DNA of 64,000 nucleotides from Neocallimastix sp. 'constans' (lineage: Eukaryota), in contig JBODTK010000011.1 of the NCBI GenBank assembly GCA_050613775.1, forward strand, positions 1 to 64,000. The letters are read 5' to 3'. Under the pieces are notes generated by a model, which saw only the letters and a list, made by a program, of their open reading frames with translations, made no database searches and had not been told where the DNA came from. Shown here one piece after another: positions 36,109 through 49,400 of this stretch (positions are counted from its first letter, which is position 1; the number at the start of each line of letters is the position of its first letter). Both the position numbers and the translations under genes were made by a program.

Positions 36109-39100
36109 ATTATTATTATTATAAACTATTATTATATATAAATAATATATAAAAGTGTAAACTAGTTTTTAGTATTTAAATTTATATATAATCTTTATTT
36201 ATTATTTTATTATTTATTAAATTTATCAATTGATACAGATATAAAATTTTGGAAAATTACATTCATTTTATACTACATGTGGCTTAATAATAATACAATG
36301 AAAATATTTTACATGTATAAAATAATTTATTACAAATAACGAAAATATTATTAACAATGAATTTCAAAATAAAATTTAATTTAATATATTTCAAAATAGA
36401 TTTTGTTATATTTTAACATTCCCCTGTCAAGCTTAATTTTCTGATTTATCAAAAATTATGTTTGAAAATTTTGACATTTGAGGTCCGTTAACATTTTTAG
36501 TCAATGCATCGACTAACATGTTTTCGGTACTGATGTATTTTAAAATTATTCTTTTATTTTTAATATGATCTTGATTGAAATAAAATTTTATGTTTATATA
36601 CTTTAATTTTGAGTTTAATTGTCCATTTTCAATCGTTGTTTTACTAGCTTGGTTGTCAGTATAGATAGTAATTGGTTTGTTGAAATTAAATAGTTCAAAT
36701 AAAATATTTCTTAACCATAAAACCTTTTTGAACATTCTGTAGTTCCTATATATTCTGCTTCCATTGTGGAGGTAGCAACAGTTGTTTGTTTTCTTGACGA
36801 CCAGCAGATTTGGCTTGTTCCCATAAGAATAATATGTCCAGAGGTAGATTTTTTATCCTTTGAATCGCCTCCTAAATCAGAGTCCGTAAAAGCAGTAAAT
36901 TCCCCTGTTCCTGTGTATGTAATTTTATAATTTTTAGTAGAATTTAAATATTTAAAAATATTTGTTACTTTGTTCCAATCAGAAATCGTTGGATTTTCAG
37001 CATTCCTCGCCGTCTTATTTACAGCAAATGATATATCGGGACGAGTACATTTTGCTAAGTAAATCAAAGAACCTAAAGCGCTTTTGTAAGTAGTTTTATC
37101 GAAAGGATTGCGATTTTCGTTAACATTATCACCAGTGCATGGTGTCTTAGCTTTTCGAGTATTGTGAACTTTAAATTTGGATAAAACATTTTCAATGTAA
37201 TTAGTTTGTGAAACAGAGTATCTGAAATTATTGTTTTCAACTTTAATACCAAGTAAATAATTGATGTGTTCACATTTTGAAATTTTAAATTTATTCTTTA
37301 TAGTTCTAATAGTTTTAGATATTTCTATGGATTTGCCAGTGATGATCATATCATCTACATAGATTCCAATGATGCGACTAACTTTTCCGTGCATATTTTT
37401 CTTAAAGGTGCATGATTCAGAAATTAATTGTTGGAAACCAATCCCTTTAAAAAATGAAGTAATTGTTTCATTCCATTTTCTTCCACTTTTGTTTATGTTA
37501 TTTGAATAGTAAACCTTGTCGAGTCGTATGTACTCGCCATTTATTTTACCTTCAAAAGTTCCGACGCCCTGAAATTCACAGGTAGAGTTGTTAGCACATT
37601 TCATCTGAATTATCTGGTTGCGAAAATTCTTTAAAATGTGTTTGTTACACAAGTAATATGTTCTGAACATCCTGTATCGTAAGTGCAAAGTAGATATATT
37701 TTGCTTTCTCTAATGTTCCGAGCCTATAATTCTTTTCGTCAAGAATTTCAAAAATATCAGTTATTTCAGAAATTACTTCTAAGGAATCATCAATGTTTTT
37801 TGATTTTAAAGAATTTAATTTCCTAATGTAGTGATCAACATCATTGGACTTAGATTTATCATAATGTTCCTTGATTTTGGCCATTATATTGTAAGCTGTT
37901 TTTGAATTACGGATTTTCTTTTTAACTTCCTTAGTGATGCTTGTTAAAATGAACGCTCGAACTACGGAGTCCTTAACTTTGGCATCTTCTAAATCTTGTT
38001 GAGTTTTGGTTCCATTTCTGACATCATTAGCCATGGTGGTTAATACATCATTGGAGATGTAATCCAAAAGTTTCTTTGATTCCAAGATAGAACTGACAGT
38101 GGGATACCAGTCTTCGAAGTTGCTCTTGTTGAGACGTTCTTCTGGATTAAGAAAATAATTATTAGTAGTCATTTTGCGCAATGAGACTCTTAATCTAAAA
38201 GTGTAAACTAGTTTTTAGTATTTAAATTTATATATAAGCTTTATTTATTATTTTATTATTTATTATTAAAATTAAGAATCTCTTTATTTTTTATAAATAA
38301 ATGGATAACTGTATGTCATTTAATTTTATACATTTCTAGAGTATTTATAGCTATACTAATATGTGGCTTATTATTATCATTGGTCATATATTTCACAATA
38401 AATACATTGAAATATATAACATCACTCCTTAAATTAATATGATTATAAACCTTAATATTTATATTTCTGACATTCCCCCTCAAATCTAACTTGGATAAAA
38501 GTTAGAGTTGAATAGGAATATAAATATAATTTCAAAAAATGATTATATAATAATAATAGATTATATACAAGATATACACAGGTGTATTACAAATTTAAAT
38601 AACAAAATTATTATTTTAACTTCTTCTTTTTCCTTTTTTTTTTAGTTTAATTTTTTTGCGGAGTGATTTTAAAATAAACAATTTTATTAAACGGTTAACA
38701 GAATCACAAAATTACTGGCTTTCTAATTATGATTTATACTCTACAATACAACACATATATCATGTTTCTTTCAAAATTTATATTTTTCTATAATAGTAAT
38801 ATACTTAATTAGCTTTATAGTTAATTGATTGTTTAAGAAGACAACATCCCAACTTTAAATAGAATTATAAAAATAAATTTCTTATATAGATTTACTGATA
38901 ATTGGAGGTACTACTGAATTTATTGGCAAAGATTTCAATATATTATTATATTTCATTTATTGCTAAAATTTACATTTTCTTTTTTACTTGAATTTTAAGA
39001 TTCTTAATTATATGCTTCTGATTTATTTAAATTTACATTTAATATGATTTCTTTTTAATTTTTTAATGTGCTTTTTACTTTTTTTTTTTATTTATTAAAT

Positions 39101-40119
39101 TTTAAATGCTTTATTTTAATTTTATTATATTTCAAATAATTTAATAAAAACACAAAATAACACTTAAGATGAAGACTCAAATTTGAAACACATTAATTAA
39201 ACAAAAGAAACTTATTTTACTGAATACTGAAATAATATTGACACTATATTATCAAATATTGATAACTTCACAGTTTCATAATAATATAAGTAGTTTCTTA
39301 AGACTTTGAATATTGTCAAAATGTAAATATATCAAAGATTAATTGTCAAAATGTAAATATTTCAAGATTTCATATTTTGAATTAAAATATTAATAAAATC
39401 ACTTTCTGTCTTTTTGTTGAACTGTTGATAAAAAGGTTTTAAATCTGAAATAATTATTTACAGAATTCTTCATCGTAACTTAATACTAAATAATGAACTT
39501 TTAATTAATAGAATTTAAATCTTTTGAAATATGTATTCATTTTAAAATTTTTAAAATTTTTTTTTTTCTTTTTTTTTATAATAATTATCTTATCGATTTC
39601 ATTTTTGGTATATCTTTTCTCTAACTTTCAGAGAAAAAAAATAATAAATATTAAATTTTTTATTTACATTATTTGTTATTATTATTATTATAGAATTGAG
39701 GATATAATTAATAGTTTTTACACCAGAGTTATTGATATTATTGGAAAGCTGGCATTAATGAGAACACTATTTGTTGGAGTAGAATTGGTAAATATGGAAG
39801 TAGAAATAGTGTTATTCATTGTATTGGTAAGACCACTTAAATTATTATTATTATTACTTTATACAGGAGGAGGATCGTTGAATTTACGTGGTATGTTAAT
39901 ATTTAATTTTGAGTTTACTTTTGTTTTTGTTTTTGGTTATGAAGTATCAGTATTGTCATTATAGAAGTTGGTATTAATACTTAATATTTCAGTTGATTTT
40001 TTCAGTTTCAATTTGGCTCTTCAGTTATATTACATTAAAATTAGTATTAGTTATGAATAAAATCATATCTAGTAACAGTACAAGTAATCTATCTCGAACC
40101 TATTTTGAAATAGTAGGTT

Positions 40120-40985
40120 ATAAGATTATATAATGTCACATATTAGTAGAAAATACATGACAGTAGGCAACAATGGAATTATTTATTAATAAGATAGACT
40201 AAGAAGTACTAACTCTCAAGTACAATACTTTGAAAGTGTTGGTAATGGAAGATTCTCTATTCTATTATGAAACAAAGCCTTAACTGTAGAAAATGGTAAT
40301 AATAAAGATGATAATATAATCATTTTATCACAAATCATAAAATATTCGCCTAACACCTTCATTCTTTACAAAACTGGTGGTAATTATGATGACTACTATA
40401 TCACTGCCGAATGTTCTGGTAAGGCTGCTTTAGATATTTATGATCAAGGATTTGATAATGTAACCAAAAAAAATGTAAGGTAATGCTCTTGAAAAAGAAC
40501 AGTTATATTACGCTTTCAGTATTAGATGTTTACAACTTTAACATTTTAACAATGAAAGATTTATCAGAAAATCAAAAGTAAGTATTAATTTTATTCTTAA
40601 TCTATTTATTTTAAAGGGTCAAATTTTCATTATTATATGTTGGATACTGATATGAGATCTTAAGAAGCTGATCGTGCCTAAGCTCCACTAACTATCCATG
40701 ATTATGAAAAAAGTTCTTATATGATCTATTTAGTTATTAGAGTTCTAAACTGTGGAAATAAAACAATTATGTATTATGTTTACAGTAAGGGAATAAAAAA
40801 AATTAGATACAGCTACAGCTCACTTTATCCCAACCAAGAAATATTAATGAAGTTATTGATTCTGACATCTTATCTTCCAGAATAATGAATACTACATGTA
40901 TTACAAGGATGAAACTAGAATGATCATGCCTGTTGTCTATACCAAGAAATTAAATAAATTTTGATAATGGTATTGATATTTAATG
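40120..40985 (+). pseudogene. Decayed ricin-B lectin (CBM13-like) + glycoside hydrolase family 43 gene fragment inside element B
   Basis: Beta-trefoil-like part: YIMSHISRKYMTVGNNG..SQVQYFESVGNGRFSI..KALTVENG..YYITAECSGKAALDIY. GH43-like blocks: GNALEKEQLYYAFS, FILKGQ, YYMLDTDMRS, DRA*APLTIHD..YMIY, IMYYVY, EVIDSDI, YYMYYKDE. Multiple stops, frameshifts and deletions. Confidence 0.72.
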
Positions 40986-41492
40986 TTGTAATATTTATAA
41001 TGTTATTAGTACTAATGAATTGACAGAAAGAATATATTTAATTGTTTTAAAATTCATTTTTTATTATTAATTATTTTATTATAATATTATAATTAATATT
41101 GTAATATTTTTATATTTATTTATTTATTTATTATTTATTATTATATTATTTTATTATTTATTATTATAATTAATTTTTTGATCATTTCATTAACAAATGT
41201 TGCTCATGAAATCCATAGAGATTTAAATAATAAATATCGATTAATAAATTATTACTATTACTCTTGATATTGTTAATATTATCATTATTTTGATTTTTTA
41301 ATATATTATTATTATAGTAAATATATATTAATTTTTATTTCAATTGAAAATGAGGATTCCAAAATTTCATTGATGAATTTAAATAATTATTACTAATTAA
41401 AGTATAATAAAATAATTAAAATTTAAAATTTTTAATAAATTAATTTTAAATTATTTGTTTAATTTATATAAATACAGAACTTTAATTATTAA

Positions 41493-42755
41493 TGTTAAGA
41501 GTCATGAATTTGTGGTTTATAATTATGTCAATTTTATTAATATATTTTATGATAAAGAGTTACAAATATTAAATTATATTAATTTACATGCTTTTATATT
41601 AACATATTGTGGCTTATATATTACATTACATACATTACATTCTAATACATTTAAACTCATATTTCACATATTCTAACATTCCCCCCTAAACCAAGTTATT
41701 CTACTAAATGAATAATTTTGGTTTATAGGTGAATATGTACATAGCAATACATAACAATAATACTTTGTGAAATTTATATCATTATTCTAAATTTTAATTA
41801 ACTATTAAATTTCTATTTCATATTATATCATTAATTGAATTTTATATATATACTTTATGTATATTATTTGCTAATTTTATCTTAGATATTTATATTATTA
41901 CCCATTGTACGTTTTTGTGGTTAAAACGCCTAAAACCTTTATAATTTGGGTATTTTTAATATTAAAAATTATTTAAATATGGATTGGACACCTATCTGGG
42001 TTTACACCATCCTATTATATTATATTAAGGCAACCTCGTTGGGATTCACGCCAAATTAATAATGACAACACATGGTTTACCTCTTTGGTTTTACGTACTC
42101 TTGACAACTCATGGATTAACTCTTTGGTTTTTACGTCATTTTATTTATTTTAATTAGTTAAAAATTTTATTTTCTTTAATAAAATAGTTTGTAATATTCA
42201 AAAATAATTAATAATAATCAATTAATGCTTATGATAATTTCATTTATTAAGAGTCTCAAAATAATATGTTCATTTAATATATTTTACGTTTCTTTTTTTT
42301 TTTTTTTTTTTAAGCGTGTTAACTTCATGTAGGGGAATTTCTTGTATTAAGTTATTAGATATTTACGCGTTTTCAGAATTTTTGAAATTTAGTGATCTAA
42401 ATTTCAATCTTGATCAATTTTGATTTAAATTCCAAAAAATTGACATAATGGCAACCTTTATCATAATATTCTTCTTTTAACTTCTTTATGTCCTTCTTGA
42501 CATAATATTGTTTCCGGCAAAAATTCTTTTGCTAAGAATCTTTTTAAGAGTCAGATGAGACTCTTAATCTGTTAAGAGTCATGAATTTGTGGTTTATAAT
42601 TATGTCAATTTTATTAATATATTTTATGATAAAGAGTTACAAATATTAAATTATATTAATTTACATGCTTTTATATTAACATATTGTGGCTTATATATTA
42701 CATTACAAACATTACATTCTAATACATTTAAACTCATATTTCACATATTCTAACA
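41493..42755 (-). mobile_element. TRIM-like miniature LTR element D (1263 bp): LTRs 41493-41678 and 42570-42755, TSD ATTAA
   Basis: 186-bp near-identical LTRs with TG..CA ends; PBS 42556-42569; PPT 41679-41687; no intact ORF. Confidence 0.93.
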
Positions 42756-45700
42756 ATTAATATTTTAATTTGCTTTATATATATTTTATTATAATAATTT
42801 TATAAATTATTAAATTATCATTATTATGAATTTTAGTATTGTTGAAAAATTTTATAGATAAATTAAAAAAAATATGAATTAAAATTTAATAGATTTTATT
42901 AAGAATTTATGTTTTTTAATTTTAGAATGTGTGATCACTTTATTAATTATATATAATTATTATTCTATTTTTGTTAAAGGTTACTTTAATTTTAATTATA
43001 TGGTTATAATCATTTACATTACTTAAAAATTTAACTATATTTATTTGTAAATGTAAAATTCTGATGTATATCAGGCATACGCCTCATATATCTACATAAC
43101 GTACATATTTAATTTATAATTAAATATAAATAAATATACTAATCCAAGTTAAATATACCAAATTATTATTAATTATTTAAGATATTAAACTTTATTTCTA
43201 ATATTCCCCCTAAAGTTTAAGATCCTTAAAGCTAGTGAGAATGTTTTCTCTGAATTTATTCATCAAAGTAGTATTTAAATACTTTGTAAATCCGTCTGAT
43301 AAATTATGTTCGGATTTAACATATTTCAAATTTATATATTTTTCTTTTATTAACTCCCTTATGCTATGATATCTCAAATCGATATGCTTAGACTTCGGAT
43401 TAATTGTTTCGTTTTCGCAGTTATAAATAGCGGCTTTATTGTCAGTATTTATTGTTATACTGTTATTATTCAATCCAAGTTCCTTAAAAATGTTTCTGTA
43501 CCAAAGACAATATCTTGCACATTCATGTATACCATAATATTCGCTTTCTGCGGTAGAAACGGAAACACAATGTTGGAGTTTAGAATACCAACTTGTTGGA
43601 GCTGAATTTATTAACATCAAGAATCCTGTAATAGATCTTCTAGTATCTTTATCTCCACCTAAATCTGCATCTACGTAGACTTTAAACTCGAGTTTATTAT
43701 TATATGTAAATTTAATTCCATAATCAGGCTTACCTTTTAGATATCTAAAAATTTTTATTACATTATACCAATCTTCATAGGTGGGATCTTTGGATTTTCT
43801 TGAAGCTCTACTTACTGAGAATAGGATGTCAGGTCTCGTACTTATAGATAAGTACAATAAGGATCCAATTGCTTGTTTGTATTTTGTTGGATTAAATTTC
43901 TTTGATTTTAATATATTATTTTCGATTGGAATCATGTTTGAAGTAGGTTTAAATTTGTTTATTTCAAATTTATTTAATATATCTTCTAAATATTTCTTTT
44001 GGTGTATAAAATAACCATCTTTGTATTTAACAAATTTTATACCTATAATATAATCAACTTCACCAACATCAGTTGCTTCAAAATTTTCTTTTATTAAAGA
44101 TTTTGTTTTATTTACTTCTTCTGAAGTACCAGCTACAATTATATCATCTACATAAACTGCTAATAAACACTTAATATTATTATTTTCATCTTTCTTGATA
44201 TATACACAAGGATCACTCAAGAATCTTTTAAAATTTAATTTTAACAATACCTTATTTAATGTTTCGTTCCATATTCTGCCAGATTGTTTAAGGCCGTATA
44301 ATGCTTTGTTCAATTTACAATACCCTTTTTGATTCATTCCTTCTGCCATACTCATATATATATCCTCTTCTAATCTAGCGTTCAAATATGCAGCTTTGAT
44401 ATCCATTTGATGAATATCAAATTTATTTTGTACTGCAATCGCAATAATTGCTTTAAGTGTATCCTGTTTAGGTGTTGGCGAAAATGTATTTTTGTAATCT
44501 ATTTATTTTTGTAATCTATTAAACTTGTGTATAACCTTTAGCAACTAATCTTTGCTTTATACTTCACAATTTTACCGTTAGCATCTCTTTTATGCTTTAG
44601 TACCCACCTTGTTGACACAACATTAGCGTTCTTAGGTACTTTATCCACAATTGTAAAAACATTCATCCTTTTCATATTACCTAACTCTTCATCAACAGCT
44701 TTTAACCACTTATCTTTATCTTTCATATTAAAGATATCAATATAACTACGTGGTTCAATTAAATCATTTTCATTTGTTGATAAGAGTGCAACTGTATCTA
44801 GAATTTCTTTTATTTTAAAAGAGCGTTTTGAAGGATGACTAGTAATATTATATTCATCACGATAATGATATTTGCGTTTACATCTAGTTTTATTGTTTTT
44901 ATTTTTATTTTTATTTGGATGTTGTTTATTAACGTCTTTATACTTATTTCTATTATTAATATTATCTACTCTTTCAATTTGGTTTATTTCGTTAGTATTA
45001 TTAATATCATTAACGTTTTTATTATTTTCATTAGTTTTATAATTTTTCATTTGTTCCTTTGATTTTTGAGAAAGTTCTTTCAATTTATTTAATAAAAAAT
45101 GAGTATCTTTTATTTTATCTGATTTTCTCTCTTTAATTGAATTTGCTTGTTTTATATCTTTAATTTTGTTGATATTATCAATTTTATCATTATCACTTTT
45201 ATCATTATTATTTTTATTTAAGGTAACACTTTTATTTAAATTATTATTTATTCGTTTGTTTATATAATTTATTTTGTCCATATAAGTTACGTTATTTTGA
45301 TAATTATTACTAGCAAATTCTTTATTATTATAGCTATACTCACTTCTTAGAGAATGCTTTTCATTTAAATTATTATTATTAAATTTACCTTTATTTAATT
45401 CTTCAATTAATTCATTAAAGAATTCACTATTATTTTCTTTATTATATTTATTTTGTTCATTTAAATTATTTTTATCATTTATATCTTCTTTGTTTACATC
45501 ATTTTCTTTGTTTACATTATTTTTATTTTCTTCAATTAAATTTTGATTTAAATTATAATTTATAGAATTGACATTTTTATTACTTACATTTAAATTATTA
45601 ACGTCGTTGGTTTCTATATTATTATTTATGTTATTATTTTTATTATTTGTGAAATTGTCATTTGAATTATAATTATTTAGATCAAAATACTCATTGTTTA

Positions 45701-46428
45701 CATTATTTGATAAATTTGAATTATTTAAATTATTTTTATTTCCTTCGATAATTAAATTATTTTTATTTATGTAATTATTGTGAGTTTCCAAATCCTGTAT
45801 ATTTTTATAATTAAAATCCTGCTTATTTATTCCCGTTACCTCATCATTGGTTTTCATATTGGTTATCTTATTTCCATTACTTTCTGTGACTTTACTTCCC
45901 AAATTCTGATTTAAATTATTATTTAAATTTAAATCATTTAAATTATTAATTTTAATTAAATTGTTAGTACTATAATTTTCTTTATTCCCATTATGAAAAT
46001 TTATATTATTTTCTTTTTGGAAATAAATATTATTATTATTATTTTCATTTATTTCAGCAAGGTTGTTTTTATTATTATAATTTAAATTTAATGATGAATC
46101 ATTAAATTCATGATTTGAATGTAAATTATTAAATCGGTAATTTAAGTTGTAATTTGAAAAATTTTTATTATTATTTTCGAAATTACTGTTATATCGTATA
46201 AGACCAATAGAATTATTTTGTGATAAATTATTTATATTATTAAAATTATTTTGATTTAAATTATTTAAATTATTATATGGGACATTCATTTGATTTAAAT
46301 TATTTATATTATTATATGGAACATTCATTTGATTTAAATTATTTATATTATTATATGGAACATTCATTCATTTGATTTAAATTATTATTTAAATTAATTT
46401 GATTTTCATTATTAAATAAATTATTATT

Positions 46429-49400
46429 TATAAAGTTTTGATTTAAAAAATAGATTATAAGTCAAAAATTATAATAACACTAAATAACACAAAAATGTTT
46501 TATAAACAAATAAGTTTTATTATATTTAGATTTTAAAATAATCTTTATTACTTATTAGTGTTATTAACAATAAATCGTTAATAACAATTACATCGATTAA
46601 AATACATGAAATTTGGTTAACTATTTATATTTTTATCTTATTACATTTAGAATATATAATTCCTATTGAATTATATTATCTAACTATTTATTTAAAAACA
46701 ATACTAACCTAAACTAATAATAAATAATTAACTATTACTAAATAAAGAGAATTATAATTAATAACTAAAATAAATATAATCAATTCTAATTGAGTTCATT
46801 TATTATTTATTTATTATTTAAATATTATTAGTAAATTTATTATATATTTTCTATTTTAAAATAATATAAAAGTTGTCATAATTATTTAATATAAATTTAG
46901 CATAAAATGCCGTAAGTTTCAACATGACTAATTGCATAGTTTCATGTTGTTAATTTATCTTGTAAAAAACCTTAACTCTTATTATTTAAATTAAATTACA
47001 TAAAAAGAAATGATTTTCAATTACTAGTTTCACAAGAGAAATTTTTAATTTATTAATATGATTGGGAAGAAGTCGAAGTTTTGTTTAAAATTATTTGCAA
47101 TAATTTTATACACGTGATTTTTAATAGATTTATTTCAATTTTACTTAAATTTATGATTAAATTTAATTAAAATTTATAAAGATATTAATAATATCTTTAC
47201 AATCTCGCCCCTTAAGTCGAGCTCCTGCGAGATTAACTTTAAGAAGGAAGATCAATTACAAAAGGTTGATATTTATGTCTAACATAGTACTCGTTTGCAT
47301 CATCAGGTGGTTGACAGAATTCGTTGTTAACATTCGAAGATTTGTTCTTCTTTTCTTTTCTGTAATATTCTTGTATTAATTGTCTATCAAGAATTTGATC
47401 TTCATCAATCCAAGTATTTTCACTAAAATCGCATCCTTTCCATTTAATCAAGTAACGATTCTTATTGTTAAAGGTTTTCATTTTAATTATTCTTTCAGGA
47501 GTTCTATCAATTGTATCCGTATTAAGATTAATATTTCTTCTACGAGTATTTCTTCTGTTTGAAAATTCATTTTCATGGTAAGGTTCGAGAAGTGAAACAT
47601 GAAATACAGGGTGACAACGCATATTATTAGGAAGTTTAAGTTCGTACGCTAAGTCACTAACTTTTCTTATTATTTCAAAAGGTCCTATTAGTTGATCAGA
47701 TAATTTTCTATTTTTCTTTGTTGTATTACCCTTTAAAAGATAAACTTTATTTCCTACTTTAAAATCTGGAGAATCCATTCTTTTCAGATCTGCATATTTC
47801 TTATAAGTCTTTTTTGCTTGCTCTAAGTTTTCTTTTAAAAATTTAATGTTTTCATTAATATTTAATATTCTTTTCTCAGCTCTATGCGGATTCTCATTTG
47901 AAGGAATTTCAGGATTAAATTTCGGATTAAAACCATAATTTGCAAAAAATGGTGATTGATTTATTGACTGTTGTAAAGTATTATTATAGGAAAATTCTGC
48001 AAAAGGTAATAAATCAAGCCAGTTATTTTGCTTTTCATTGATGAAACAACGAAGATATTGTTCCAATATCGAGTTCACCCTCTCCGTTTGACCATCGTTC
48101 TGCGGGTGATAAGCAGTAGAAAAAGAATGCTTAATATTTAAAAGAGAGCAAAGACGATTCCAAAAATCAGAGGTAAACTGAGAACCACGATCAGAAATAA
48201 TAGAATCGGGGAAACCATGAAGTTTAAAAATATTAGCAATGAAAGAATCAGCAGCAATAGAAGCAGTAGGAAGACATCTAAAAGGTATAAAATGAGCCAT
48301 TTTAGTTAAGCGATCCACAACAACCATTATAGTGGTCATATCTTTGGATTTCGGAAGTTCAACAATAAAATCCATAGAGATAGCAGACCAGGCTCTATTT
48401 GGTGTAGAAAGTGGAGAAAGTAAACCATATGGCTTATGTCTTGGGATTTTGGATTTTGAACAAATTTCACAAGATTTAATAAACATTTTAACATCTTTTT
48501 GTAATTTAGGACACCAGAAATTACGAGAAATAAGTTCAATAGTTTTATTAATTCCAAAATGACCAGCAGAAATAGAGTCATGATGGAGTTCTAAAACTCT
48601 TATTCTAATTTTATTGGGAACATAAATTAAATTTTCAAAAAGTAAATAACCATTTTTGTCAAGAGAAAATTTATCGATTTTACTAAAAGGGGGATCTTTT
48701 GATTTATCATTTTTAAGAAATTCAGTTATTTTGCAATAGAATTCATCATTAGCTAGAGAATCATGAATAGAGGAGATTAAAGAATCATTCTTAAAACTAC
48801 ATGAATTAATAACGCATGAAATAGGACGAACACTAGCAAATAAATGATCACTACGTCTTGATAAAATATCTGGTTTACCTGACTTTTTACCAGCTCTGTA
48901 AATTAGTTTAAAATCAAATCTAGATAAGAATTCATACCAACGAATTTGGCGTTGGGAAAGAAGTTCAGGTTTTCGAGGGAAAGTTAAATTCTTATGATCA
49001 GTATAAATAATAAACTGATGGCGAGCTCCTTCTAAGTAATGTCTCCATCCTTCCAATGCAACTTTAATAGCAAGAAGTTCTTTGTCATAGATAGGGTAAT
49101 TTCTTTGGGATTTAGTTAAGCTAGTAGAAATAAAAGCAATTGGATGCAAATGCCCATCAAATTCCTGAGAAAGAATTGCACCAACAGCAAAATTACTAGC
49201 ATCAGTTTCAACAATGAATTGTTTGTTGCTATCAGGATGTTTCAAAATAGGAGCAGTAGTAAATAATTCTTTTAAAGTATCAAACGCTTTTTGTTGTTCA
49301 GAACTCCAATTAAAAGGAACATTTTTTCTAGTTAATTTGTGGAGAGGATTTGCAATTTTCGCAAAGTCTTTAATAAAAATTCTGTAATAATTACAAAGTC

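Noticed and set aside
38182..38196. TGAGACTCTTAATCT motifs as tRNA-Lys genes
   Set aside because: No T-arm or acceptor stem follows; the main copies abut an LTR, so they are primer-binding sites.
39524..39964. 146-aa hydrophobic ORF as a membrane protein
   Set aside because: Starts at TTG, runs through T-rich low-complexity DNA and is the antisense shadow of a degraded minus-strand frame.
40578..40616. GTAAGT...AAG as an intron in the GH43 relic
   Set aside because: Only 39 nt, in frame, and it encodes the eroded RDPFILKG block, so it is coding.
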